From assembly GCF_004010195.1 (NCBI RefSeq), contig NC_057753.1:3217804-3252869 (forward strand): DNA of 35,066 bases. Reading direction: 5' to 3'. Below the pieces are notes generated by a model. It saw nothing but the letters and a program-made list of their open reading frames with translations, was not told the origin of the DNA and ran no database searches. A program made the translations under genes and the position numbers. The DNA comes from Chiloscyllium plagiosum (taxonomy: Eukaryota). Below, piece after piece: positions 1 through 10,004 of the stretch (position 1 is its first letter; every line of letters starts with the position of its first letter).

Positions 1-557
1 TGTAAGCGTTCTTCTTCCTCTTTACTAGACATTCAACCTCCCTCGTCAACCAAGGTTCCCTCACATGACCATCTCTTTCCTGCCTGACAGGTACATACAT
101 ATCAAGGACACGTAGTATCTGTTCCTTGAAAAAGTTCCACATTTCAACAGCATCCTTCCCTGACAGCCTGTGCTCCCAACATATGCTCCTCAGATCCTGT
201 CTTGCAACATCGTATTTACCCTTCCCCCAATTGTAAAACCTGCCTGTTGCACGCATCTATCTCTCTCCTTAACCAAGGTGAAAGTCACAGAATTGTGGTC
301 ACCATCACCAAAATGCTCACCCACTAACAAGCCCATCACTTGTCCCAGTTCGTTACCAAGTACCAAATCCAATATGGCATCCCCGCTAGTCGGACAATCT
401 ACATACTGTGTTAGAAAAGCTTCCTGGACACACTGCACAAACACCGCCCCATCCAATCTACTTGACCTAAAGAGGTTCCAATCAATATTTGGGAAGTTGA
501 AATCGCCCATGACTACTACCCTGTGTGTTCTGCACCTTTCCAAAATCCGTTTCTCAA
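1..557 (-). mobile_element. CR1 LINE fragment, APE endonuclease region (continues left of window)
   Basis: Minus ORF 190..543 reads RVVVMGDFNFPNIDW...DAILDLVLGNE...GEHFGDGDHNSVTF, the GDFN / LDL / (S)DH endonuclease motifs of CR1 ORF2. Confidence 0.9.
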
Positions 558-889
558 AACATACAAGACATACAAGATAATCAGAGGGTTAGATAGGGTG
601 GGCAGGGAGAGCCTTTTTCCAAGTAGGGTGACGGCAAACACGAGGGGACACAACTTTAAAGTGAGGGGAGATAGGTATAAGACAGATGTCAGAGGTAGTT
701 TCTTTACTCAGAGAGTAGTAAGGGTATGGAATGCTTTACCTGTAACTGTAGTAGTAGATTTGCCAAGTTTAAGTGCATTTAAGTCGTCACTGGAATAGTG
801 TAGGTGGGATGGGCTTCAGATTAGTATAACAGGGCGGTGTAACCTCGAGGGCCGAAGGGCCTGTACTGCGCTGTAATGTTCTGTGTTCA
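558..889 (+). mobile_element. CR1 LINE 3' end
   Basis: TYKIIRGLDRV...TRGHNFK...RGSFFTQRVVRVWNALP is the CR1 ORF2 C-terminus. The 3' tail ggccgaagggcctgtactgcgctgtaatgttctgtgttc matches the subfamily at 18648-19340 and 32565-34093. Confidence 0.9.
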
Positions 890-1159
890 TGTAATAAAAG
901 AGACAGCAGCAACTTGAATATGAAATTGACTCAGAGATTGGAGATTACTGGTTAATTAATATTTGTCAGACTGAGGGAAGGTTAATAGTGGCGCTCCTGA
1001 GAGATTTCTATTAGGACTTCTGCAGTTTCTGACGTACACAGAGACACAATGTAATTTTGAATTTTGCAAAGTCTTCAGTGAGGTCAGAATGTGCGGCGGT
1101 TTCTCTTCCTGAAGGATGTTAGTAATCCAGAATGGGTTCCGTAACATAACAAAACAAAA

Positions 1160-1282
1160 CCCAAAAGACCTGCAGATGCTGTAAATCAGAAACAAGAACA
1201 ACACTTGCGGGGAAAGCTCAGCAGGTGGCGCAGCATCTGTGAAGGGAAACCACGAGTTAACGTTTCAGGTCCGTTGACCCTT
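1160..1282 (-). mobile_element. PLE terminal-repeat fragment (family C); hammerhead core truncated at a CR1 tail
   Basis: Reverse complement reads aagggtcaacggacctgaaacgttaactc...gatgctgc...cctgctgagc, homologous to 1743-1805. The CUGANGA box is replaced by the CR1 tail starting at 1283. Confidence 0.7.
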
Positions 1283-1662
1283 AGAGTCATAGAGATGTAC
1301 AGCATGGAAACAGACCCTTTGGTCCAACCTGTCTATACCAACTGCAGCACCCGGCCCATATCCCTACAAACCTTTCCTATTCATATATCCATCCAAATGT
1401 CTCTTAAATGCAACTGAACCAGCCTCCACCACTTCCTCTGGCAGCTCATTCCATACACTTACCACCCTCTGCGTGGAAAAAGTTGCCCCTTCGGTCTCTT
1501 TTATATCTTTCCCCTCTCACCCTAAACCTATGCCCTCTAGTTCTGGACTCCACAACCCCAGGGAAAAGACTTTGCCTATTTACCCTAGCCATGCCCCTCA
1601 TGATTTTGTAAACCTCTATAAGGTCACCCCTCAGCCTCCGACGCTCCAGGGAAAACAGCCCT
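1283..1662 (-). mobile_element. CR1 LINE 3' end
   Basis: agagtcatagag is the reverse-complement tail. ccctctcaccctaaacctatgccctctag and gattttgtaaacctctataaggtcacccctcagcctc are the reverse of the CR1 ORF2 C-terminus. Confidence 0.9.
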
Positions 1663-1858
1663 ATGAAAGCTGCCGCATTGTCACAGAAACCAAAACAGCG
1701 GTTGCTGCAAAAAGCTCAGCAGGTCTTCCTCTGTTCTGAGGAAGGGTCACCGGGCCCGAAATGTTAACTCTGGTCTCTCTTCACCGATGCTGCCTGACCT
1801 GCTGTGTTTTCCCAGCAAGCGCTGGTTTGGTTTCTGTAAACATGCGGCAGCTTTCATG
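1663..1858. mobile_element. PLE-derived fold-back element (family C)
   Basis: Inverted arms atgaaagctgccgca...cagaaaccaaa.cagcg.ttgctg and cagcaagcgctggtttggtttctg...tgcggcagctttcat, with a hammerhead motif inside. Confidence 0.75.
1733..1768 (+). ncRNA. minimal type I hammerhead ribozyme motif (family C)
   Basis: gtt-CTGAGGA-A-GGGTC-accg-GGCCC-GAAA-tgtt-aac. Stem I is gtt/aac, stem II is 5 bp, and the helix-III palindrome ACGT has decayed to ATGT. Confidence 0.7.
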
Positions 1859-1904
1859 GCTCCTTCTGCCTCGGGTGACCGGATTCATTAAACGCAATGT
1901 TATC

Positions 1905-1922
1905 GCCTTTGTGTTTTTGTAG
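1905..1922 (+). promoter_or_regulatory. probable splice acceptor upstream of the first ZNF coding exon
   Basis: Polypyrimidine tract cctttgtgtttttgtAG (1921-1922), with an alternative ...tcacAG at 1959. An in-frame TGA at 1982 precedes the ATG at 2000, so upstream exons would be non-coding. Confidence 0.5.
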
Positions 1923-1999
1923 GGTCTTTCACGCCTCCTGTTTTAATTCCACGTCACAGGGAGGTTTTGCAGTCGGGAAACTGACACCAAACGTCACCT

Positions 2000-3307
2000 A
2001 TGGATCTGACAGAGACGCCTGATTTATCACCATCCGAGCACCACCCGTTGCTGAACACGGAAGAAGATCTTTCTGTTCACAGCGGCGACGAGCTGTACAT
2101 CTGTTCTGAGTGTGGACTGAGCTTCCCCCAGTCATCTGGCCTGTCACAGCATAACTGCAGTCTGATCGAGGACAAGCCACCTGACCAGGAAAACCATCAG
2201 CACAGTCAGTCTGGGGGGAGGCCATTCACCTGCACAGTGTGTGGGAAGGGATTCACTCGGCCATCCCATCTGCAGGCTCACTGGCGGGTTCACACTGAGG
2301 AGAGGCCTTTCAATTGCCTGGACTGTGGGAAATGCTTTAAAAGTTCCGCGGAGCTGATGCGCCATAGGCGCGTTCACACTGGGGAGAGACCGTTCAGGTG
2401 CTCGCACTGTGGGATTGGCTTCAGGCAATCCTCTCACCTCATTAAGCACAAGAGAGTTCACACTGGGGAGAAGCCGTTCACCTGCTCCGTGTGCGGGAAG
2501 GGGTTCAGTCACTCGTTCAATCTGCTGACCCACCAGCGAGTTCACACCGGGGAGAGGCCGTTTTCCTGCTTGAAGTGTGGTGAGGTATTCACGCAGTCCT
2601 CCAGCCTGATAAGACACCAGCAAACTCACAGCAGGGCGAGGCCATTCACCTGCTCCAAGTGTGGGAAGGGATTTGCTCAGTTATCCAGTGTGCTCAAGCA
2701 CCAGCAAGTTCACACTCGGGAGAAATCCTTCACCTGCTCCGAGTGTGGGAAGGGATTCACTTGGTTGTCCAACCTGTTGAAACACCAGCCGGTTCATGCT
2801 CGGGGCACTTCACTTACCTGCTCCAAGTGTGGGAAGGGGTTCAATCGGGCGAGCTCCCTGCTGTTACACCAGCGAGTGCACACCGGGGAGAGGGCGTTCG
2901 CCTGCGCCTTGTGTGGGAAGGGATTCACTCGGCCGTCCCATCTCCAAGCTCACCTGCGGGTTCACACTGAGGAGAGACCGTTTGAATGCCAGGACTGTGG
3001 GACATGCTTCAAAAGTTCCGGGGAACTGATGCGCCACCGGCGTGTTCACACCGACGAGAGGCCCTTCAAGTGCCCTCACTGTGGACTTGGGTTCAGGCAA
3101 TCCTCTCACCTCGCTAAACACCAGAGCGTTCACACCGGGGAGAAGCCATTCACCTGCTCCGTGTGTGGGAAGGGGTTCACTCGATCGTGCAATCTGCTGA
3201 GGCACCAGCGAGTTCACACCGGGGAGAGACCTTTTACCTGCTCCAAATGTGGCAAGAGTTTCACTCAGTCATCCAGTGTGATGAGACACCAGCGAGTGCA
3301 CCAGTAA
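2000..3307 (+). CDS. tandem C2H2 zinc-finger protein (13 canonical fingers plus 1 degenerate N-terminal finger), no effector domain visible
   Basis: 435-aa intact ORF with CxxC-12x-HxxxH repeats and TGERP/TGEKP linkers. ATTAAA at ~3441 is a possible poly(A) signal. Confidence 0.93.
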   Translation: MDLTETPDLSPSEHHPLLNTEEDLSVHSGDELYICSECGLSFPQSSGLSQHNCSLIEDKPPDQENHQHSQSGGRPFTCTVCGKGFTRPSHLQAHWRVHTEERPFNCLDCGKCFKSSAELMRHRRVHTGERPFRCSHCGIGFRQSSHLIKHKRVHTGEKPFTCSVCGKGFSHSFNLLTHQRVHTGERPFSCLKCGEVFTQSSSLIRHQQTHSRARPFTCSKCGKGFAQLSSVLKHQQVHTREKSFTCSECGKGFTWLSNLLKHQPVHARGTSLTCSKCGKGFNRASSLLLHQRVHTGERAFACALCGKGFTRPSHLQAHLRVHTEERPFECQDCGTCFKSSGELMRHRRVHTDERPFKCPHCGLGFRQSSHLAKHQSVHTGEKPFTCSVCGKGFTRSCNLLRHQRVHTGERPFTCSKCGKSFTQSSSVMRHQRVHQ

Positions 3308-3529
3308 CTGCATCGATGCGATTTTGTTGTTACTCACACCCGGGATTGAACAATGCTTATATTGACAGCTGGGTTTTGTTTCAGTTGATGTTAGTAATTC
3401 CTGTAACTTGTCTGGGGTTCAATATTCTTGAATTCGCTTAATTAAATCAGCCTTCTGTTTGACATGGTAATGAGTGATGATCTCTTCCTCATGTTCCATA
3501 TTTGGCTGATTTCCTCCTCTGTTAATGCA

Positions 3530-3890
3530 AGTTTGCATTTATATAGCACCTTTCACTATAGGAAATTTTTTGGGGGTTTTCCAGCCAATGAGGTTCTTCT
3601 GAAGTGTTTTGATTTTTCTAGTATAGAAAATGCAGTGGCGAAATTGAGCACAGTAAGTTCCCACAAATGCAAACGCGGTTATGGCCAATTAGTCTATTTA
3701 ATGTTTATTGTGAGATATGTATTCACGAGGGAGAACCCCCCCCCCCGCCACTCCTCAGAAGAACAACACAGGAGAGGATGGATGGGGCAACTGTTGAAAG
3801 TTTCACCTGAAAGTCAATTACACCTGACAATGTAGTGCTTCCTCATTGCTAGTCTGAATATGATCCTGTATTTCGGACATGGGTTCAATC
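3530..3890 (-). mobile_element. old Deu-SINE (SacSINE1-like)
   Basis: ttgcatttatatagcacctttcac is the reverse of an L2-type tail. ccaatgaggttcttctgaagtg...aaattgagcacagtaagttcccacaaa resembles the Deu central domain. Recognised from memory and highly diverged. Confidence 0.55.
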
Positions 3891-4200
3891 TCACGCAGAC
3901 ACAAGGAGAACGTGCAAATCTCTAAACTGAAGGCAAATTGTCAGATCTCAGATCTTCGGTCATACCCATTACCAACTGTGAGATGTTGGTCCAGGAGTCA
4001 CAGATTACCCAAGAACTGAGTTGAAGTCACAGGTAATTGTAAAGTAATTTATTTGAAAGCATCAGGTTTGATTTGAGTCATAGGCAGGTAAGGCCCCCAC
4101 ACGTGAGAACAGTTGATCTGGGTGTGACAGGAGGAATGTGCTACTCATCAAACCCCACTCCACTCCCTACACCGTGATTTATTTTATTTTCCTTTTTTTT

Positions 4201-4547
4201 ATAGGATCCAAACAATGTGCGAACAAGCCATTAGGCCCAACACGTCCACACCAACCCTCCGAACAGCAACCCGCCCAGATTCCCCTACCCTATTATTTTA
4301 GGTGCAGTAGCCAAAGGTGGTCTAACCGTTACATCCCTGAACTACTATGGGCAATGTAGCATGGCCAATCCCACCTAACCTGCACACCTTTGGACTGTCG
4401 GTGGAGACCGGAGCACCTGGAGGAAACTCACTCAGACAGGGGGCGAATGTGCAAACTGAACACTGACAGTTTCCTGAGGATGGAATCAAATGCAGGTCCC
4501 TGGAGCTGGGAGGCAGCAGTGATAACCACTGATCCACCATAACGCCC
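4201..4547 (-). mobile_element. HE1-type (V-SINE) tRNA-derived SINE
   Basis: Reverse of the tRNA-like head (ggcagcagtgataaccactga), the V domain (ccggagcacctggaggaaact...gaatgtgcaaact) and a CR1-like tail. Confidence 0.85.
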
Positions 4548-4556
4548 ATTAAAAAG

Positions 4557-4697
4557 CAGCACACTCGGACCCGCCTCCCTACCCTATCCCTGTAACCCTG
4601 CATTTCCCATGGCTTGTCCAGCTAGCCTGCACATCTCTGGAATTGAACCCTGTTCCCTGTTGCTGTGAGGCAGCAGTGTTAGCCACTGTGCTGACCT
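4557..4697 (-). mobile_element. internally deleted HE1-type SINE
   Basis: ctgcacatct...gaattgaaccctg...ctgtgaggcagcagtgttagccactg; the V domain is missing. Confidence 0.7.
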
Positions 4698-4932
4698 AAT
4701 TGTTTCTCCCCCCCCCCATCGCATGTTGTTATTTAAAATATGTTTTATTATTTTTATATGTAGTGAGACAGGAAAAAAAACCCCATTGTGAACAGGCTTT
4801 ATTTTATATATACTGTTTCCCCCCCAGCACGAATACACCTATGTTGGTTATATATACACACACTGCCAAGCAAAGCCTGGTCAAAACAAAAAGAGGGGTT
4901 TGAAAACAGGGAGAGAGGGTGAAGACTAAATC

Positions 4933-5032
4933 AAAATGACACAACACCAGGTTATAGTCCAAACAGGTTTATTTCGAAGTACAGGTTTTCGAGATTAACC
5001 TGTTGGACTATAACCTGGTGTTGTGAGATTTT
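4933..5032. mobile_element. short PLE-derived fold-back (family B terminal repeat)
   Basis: Inverted arms cacaacaccaggttatagtcca(a)acagg and cctgttggactataacctggtgttgtg. The same sequence follows the family-B hammerheads at 13280 and 23403. Confidence 0.75.
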
Positions 5033-5119
5033 TTTAAAAAAACTCTGCCCATGTGGGGTTTATGAGGGAAACAAAACTCTCTTCCCCCCTCCCCAGGGGA
5101 CGCCCATCCTCCATGTAGT

Positions 5120-5700
5120 TCCAATCAGCAAGGTGATCCATTCATTCAGTGTCAGCCACGCCTCCTCCTCCATTCCGATTGGTTGGAGCACCAGCAGCCT
5201 CGCCTCCTCCTCCACTCCGATTGGTTGGAGGACCAACCGCGCGCGCTCGGTCTTCCAGACCCCGCCCCCTCATTCACCCCAATTGGTTGGAGGACCAGCC
5301 GCGCGCGCTCGGACCTCCAGTCCCGCCCCTAACTCATTCATTGGTTGGACTGTCAGCCGCACCCGCTCGGCCTCCCAGTCTTGCCTCCTCATGCACTTCG
5401 GGAACCAGCCGCGCGCGCTCGGTCCTCCCTTTACCCCCCCCCCCCCCGCCTCCTTCACTCCGATTGGTTGGAGGACCAGCCGCGCGCATTGGGTCTTTCA
5501 GTCCCGCCCCCTCATTCACCCCGATTGGTCGGAGGGCCAGTCGCGGTCGCTCGGTCCTCCAGCGGCAGTCCCCACATCCGATTGGTTCAGCGATGCCGTC
5601 AATTCACTCGGCGTCTTTGCCTTTCCGGGAAAGAGCTGGTGGGAGAGTGGATGTCTATCAACGTCATCAGTGTGCGCCCAACAACAGGAAGTGGCAGTCA
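5120..5700 (+). promoter_or_regulatory. CpG-island promoter built from a ~60-bp tandem repeat of CCAAT box plus GC box
   Basis: ATTGG at 5178, 5220, 5282, 5340, 5463, 5488, 5524 and 5581, CCAAT at 5121. CCCGCCCC occurs in several units, then acgtca (CRE-like, 5661) and caggaagt (ETS-like, ~5685). High CpG content in an otherwise CpG-depleted window, directly upstream of the second ZNF. Confidence 0.8.
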
Positions 5701-6302
5701 GCTGCAGACAAGGGGAGGCTGAGAAGGAGTGGGGATGGATTTGGGTTTGAGCCCAGGGAGGAGAGAGAATACTGTATGTGGGACCTGGATTTACAGATTT
5801 GAGGGAACCAGAGCAGAAAGATGTTCCCAGGCCATTGCCTGAGCTGAATGTCTATCCTGGACTGGTCACTGCAACAGCCTGTTCTGTTTTTAAACAGTTT
5901 TTCAATGGGGAGTAGCTAAGGATGAGATGCTCAAAAGCAATGTTACAAGGTCTGCCTGAGTCGCTTGATCCATCAGGACCTGAGTGCGCAAGGAAAAAGG
6001 AAATGTTTGTTCAGTTCCGGGGGCAATATTTTGAAAGCATCGTTGTGACTAGGAGAAACACAGAGTGGAACGCGCACCAGCTATCCTGAGGAAAACTTCA
6101 GAAGGATGGCTCGATTAGTCTTTCAACCCGATACGAAGGTCGGACATCTGAGACACCAACACCGTAGTGAGGGTATTTTAGTGAATTGACTGCGGAAAGT
6201 GCTTTCGCCGAGTTTTACGGCCGGAAAATAACAGCCTCGTTTTAAGGACTGTATGCGTGTGGTGTGCGTTGACAAACTCTGGAGAGGTGTAAGAGCAGCT
6301 GA

Positions 6303-7481
6303 ATGATGGAGAAACCATGTAAATGTGGGGACTGTGGGAAGGGATTCAATTATCCATCACAGCTGGACATTCATCGACGCAGTCACACTGGAGAGAGGCC
6401 GTTCACCTGCACTCAGTGTGGGAAGAGATTTGCTTACTCATCCAGCCTCTATTTACACCAGAGGGTACACACTCGCAAGAGGCTGTTCACCAACCTTGAT
6501 TGTCAGGAACAATTTGAAGCTACGCCAAACCTCTCAACTGACCAGGTTCATTCTGATCAGAGACCTTTTAAATGTTCTGACTGTGAGAAGAGCTTCAAAA
6601 GTAAATGGGAGCTGCTAAGACACAAACGCACCCACACGGGGGTGAGACCTTATATCTGCTCCATTTGTGGAAAAGGATTCACTCAGTCATCCTACCTTCT
6701 GACACATCAACTTGTTCACACTGACCAGAGACCTTTCCCGTGTTCTGACTGTGGAAAGTGTTTTAAAAGTAAAAATGATTTACAAGTCCATCAACGCATT
6801 CACACTGGGGAGCGGCCATTCACTTGCTCCCTGTGTGAGCGGCGGTTCAGGCGTTTAGCCCAACTGCAGACACACCAAAGAGTTCACACTGATAAGAGAC
6901 CTTTTAAGTGTTCTGTCTGTGAGAAGAGCTTCAAAAGCAAACAGGATCTGTTGACACACCAGCGAGTTCACACTGGGGAGAGGCCATTTACCTGTTCTGT
7001 GTGTGGAAAGAGATTCACCCGTTCATCCCACCGTCTGAGACACCAGCGAGCTCACACTGGGGAGAGGCCATTTACCTGCTACGTGTGTGGGAAGGGATTT
7101 ACTGATTCACCTCAGCTTCTATTACACCAACGAATTCACACTGGAGAGAAACCGTTCACTTGCTCCACATGTGGAAAGGGTTTCACTCAGCCGTCGCAGC
7201 TCACTGAGCACCAGCACGTTCACACTGACCAGAGACCTTTCAAATGTTCTGACTGTGGCAAGAGCTTTAAAAGCAAAAAGTACCTGATGACGCACCAGCG
7301 AGTTCACACTGGAGAGAGACCATTCACCTGCCTCGTGTGTGGGAAGAGGTTCACTCAGTCATCCCATCTGTTGACCCACCAGCAGCTTCACACTGGGGAG
7401 ATGCCGTTCACTTGCCCGCGATGTGGGAAGAGGTTCGCTCGGTCATCCAATCTGCTGAGACACCAGAGAGTTCATAAGTGA
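6303..7481 (+). CDS. tandem C2H2 zinc-finger protein (13 canonical fingers plus 1 degenerate), no effector domain visible
   Basis: 392-aa intact ORF starting [28 protein letters not shown], with TGERP/TDQRP linkers. The third unit ([10 protein letters not shown]...DQVH) has lost zinc ligands. Confidence 0.93.
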   Translation: MMEKPCKCGDCGKGFNYPSQLDIHRRSHTGERPFTCTQCGKRFAYSSSLYLHQRVHTRKRLFTNLDCQEQFEATPNLSTDQVHSDQRPFKCSDCEKSFKSKWELLRHKRTHTGVRPYICSICGKGFTQSSYLLTHQLVHTDQRPFPCSDCGKCFKSKNDLQVHQRIHTGERPFTCSLCERRFRRLAQLQTHQRVHTDKRPFKCSVCEKSFKSKQDLLTHQRVHTGERPFTCSVCGKRFTRSSHRLRHQRAHTGERPFTCYVCGKGFTDSPQLLLHQRIHTGEKPFTCSTCGKGFTQPSQLTEHQHVHTDQRPFKCSDCGKSFKSKKYLMTHQRVHTGERPFTCLVCGKRFTQSSHLLTHQQLHTGEMPFTCPRCGKRFARSSNLLRHQRVHK

Positions 7482-7897
7482 TTTCAGGAGTCAGAGTTTA
7501 CTGTTTCTTCTGCCGTTAATCACATCCTGGCCTGAATCATGTTCATTTTGATAGTAGGGGTCTTGGCTACTGTTAATATTCCTGTGTTAACACTTAATAG
7601 GCTCGATAGCAATCAAATGAATCTTAAAGGGAGAAACTATTTGACCTTTAGTCTGAGTGTTCCTGAAATGCAGAACAGGCTCAGAAGGGCTGAATGGACT
7701 GATAACGACAGGCCATTCTGCTATAACGTGACGGTTGTCTTCCTGTGCAACCTTGCACTATCGGAAATCGCGCTACAGGAGGCAGCGTAGAGATCACGTT
7801 ATGGAAAATCTAGTATACCGGTTCAGCAGAAAGGTCACACCATACAAACAACGGTCACAATTCATCAATCGCATTCTTGCCAATTCACGATGAAACG

Positions 7898-8240
7898 AGC
7901 AGCACGGTGGCCTAGTGGTTAGCACTGCTGCCTCACAGTGCCAGGGACCCAAGTTCGATCCCAGCCTCAGGGCAGCTGTCTGTGTGGAGTTTGCACATTC
8001 TCCCCCCGTCTGCTTGGATTTCCTCCGAGTGCTCCGGTTTCCTCCCACAATCCAAAGATGTGCAGGTCAGGGTGAACTGGCCAGGTTAAATTGCCCACAG
8101 TGTTCATGGATGTGTAGATGTGGCACATTGCTCTACATTTAACCCTGACCAATGGGGAATGGGTTTGGGTGAGACTCTCTTCAGAGGGTCGGTATGGATT
8201 TGTTGGGCTGAAGGGCCTGTTTCCACACTGTTGGGATCCT
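7898..8240 (+). mobile_element. HE1-type (V-SINE) SINE
   Basis: A box tggcctagtgg, B box gttcgatcc, V domain tgtgtggagtttgcacattctcccc...ctccggtttcctcccaca, tail gaagggcctgtttccacactg. Confidence 0.9.
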
Positions 8241-8739
8241 ATGGAAAAACTGCCTGGAGTTGTTATCTACTTTCTCCGGAGACTTCTTCCAATGTCAAAC
8301 GTTGCTCAAGAATGGTTTCCTATTGCTGTATCTTGTCCCCCGCCAGCTCCTCCAAGCCCTTCTGTTCCTCAGCTAGGTTGGGGCCAAGTTTATTTTGAGT
8401 ACAGAACAGGAAGAGGCCATTGAGTCCCTCCGAGTTGTTCTGTCATTGATTGAGGACCACTGACTTGTGACCCAACTCCCATTCACCCAGATGTTTTATT
8501 GCCTTTCCCATTCTGTTCTGATCTGATCGAAATGGACTTGAAACATCACCCCTTCGGTTAGGGAAAAGGTGTCCCAAGATACATCTCACAACCAGAAACT
8601 TACCAATCAGACAAAACTTCATGCTGAGCCAAAGGAGATTTGGGAGGGCTGAGCAAAGTTTGATTTGCAAATATCAGCTTTTCGGAAGATGTGGGCTGGC
8701 AGGGAGAGAAGTTCCCCTTTTTTCTCAAACGTGAAAAGC

Positions 8740-9410
8740 ATGTAACGCCCATCCCTAATCGCCCTTCAGAGTGGTGGTGAGCTGCTTTCTTGAATGGCAA
8801 CAGTGTTTGGGGTGTGAGTGCAACCACGGTGCTGTCTGGGAGGGTGTTCTGCCATTTTGACCCCAGGATATCGAAGGCACAGCAGTACATCACGTACTGC
8901 TGCGTATCGCAGAGGGGGGAGGTTGTAAGTGGTGGCATTCCCATGTACCTCCTGTCCTTTTCCCTCCTCGGAGGTGGAAGTCAAGGATTTGGAAGGTGCT
9001 GTTGATGAGCTATTGTGCTGCGTTTTGCAAGTGAAACACAAGCCTAACCATTGCATCAATGGTGGAGGGAATGAAGGTTGAAGGTGGTCTGTCGTACACT
9101 GTTCATGCCGGCTACCTACTCTGCATGGTGTTGAACACCTGTGAGCTCTTGTATCCAGACAAGTGGAGAATAATCCATCACATTCCTGACTTTTGTCTCG
9201 TATGTCATCGGCAGGACTGAGGGAGACAGAAGGAGAGATACTCGCTGCAGGATTCCAAGTTTCTAATCTGCTGTTGCAGCCGGAGTATTCCCGTAGCTGG
9301 TCCAGTTCAATTTCCGGTCGGCAGTAACCCTGGGGTGTTGACATTGTGAATTCAGTGATGATAATGTCAGGAGGCGATAATCAGATTCTGTCTTAGTCAT
9401 TGCTTGGCAG
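8740..9410 (-). mobile_element. old LINE (CR1/L2 group) 3' region, degenerate
   Basis: Minus frame SKWQNTLPDSTV...FKKAAHHH resembles the WNxLP...FK C-terminus of CR1/L2-group ORF2; many disruptions. Confidence 0.55.
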
Positions 9411-9445
9411 GGTCTGCTAAGAATGTTATTCGTTATTTTTTGTTA

Positions 9446-9760
9446 TTAGGCTCCCTACAGTGCGGAAACAAGCCCTTCGGCCCAACCAGTCCACACCGAC
9501 CTTCCGAAGAGTAACCCACCCAGACCCATTTCCCTCTGACTAATAGACCTAACACTACGGGCAATTTAGCATGGCCAGTTCACCCTGGCCTGCACATCTT
9601 TGGACTGTGAGAGGAAACCAGAGCACCCGGAGGAAACCCACACAGACACAGGGGTGAATGTGCAAACTCCACACAGACAGCTGCCCTGAGACTGGAATCG
9701 AATCTGGGTCCCTGGCGCTGTGAGGCAGCAGTGCTAACCACTGAGCCACCTTGCTGCCCC
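9446..9760 (-). mobile_element. HE1-type SINE
   Basis: Full head, V domain and tail on the minus strand. Confidence 0.9.
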
Positions 9761-10004
9761 TTTGTTATTGGTGTTCTGAGCAGTGCTCGGGTGAGATTCA
9801 CTCATTCTTGATGGCTGCAGCCTGATATTCCACATTGTTCTGTGCCAGTGTAAGAAACAATGAGCAAACTGTACTTGTTCATGTCTGCCGACACCAATTT
9901 GTTCACCGTCGTTAGTTACAAAGGATCCCTTCCCCAACAGATACCTTTCTCCCAGATCAAATGAATAAATGTCAACACAGAAGCCAATGGAATGACTCTC
10001 CTTA

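Noticed and set aside
2144..3217. Antisense and alternate-frame ORFs over the ZNF genes (also 7087-7307)
   Set aside because: These are shadow ORFs produced by the 84-bp finger periodicity, with no independent protein features.
5150..5600. CRISPR-like repeat-spacer appearance
   Set aside because: The 'spacers' are homologous to each other, the context is eukaryotic, and there are no cas genes. It is a minisatellite.
5133..5802. 205-aa and 217-aa Pro/Ser-rich ORFs
   Set aside because: They have non-ATG starts and arise from the GC-rich ~60-bp repeat, which is open in several frames.
7898..7975. tRNA gene (A and B boxes)
   Set aside because: It is the tRNA-derived head of a SINE, continues into the V domain, and recurs in about eight SINE copies here.
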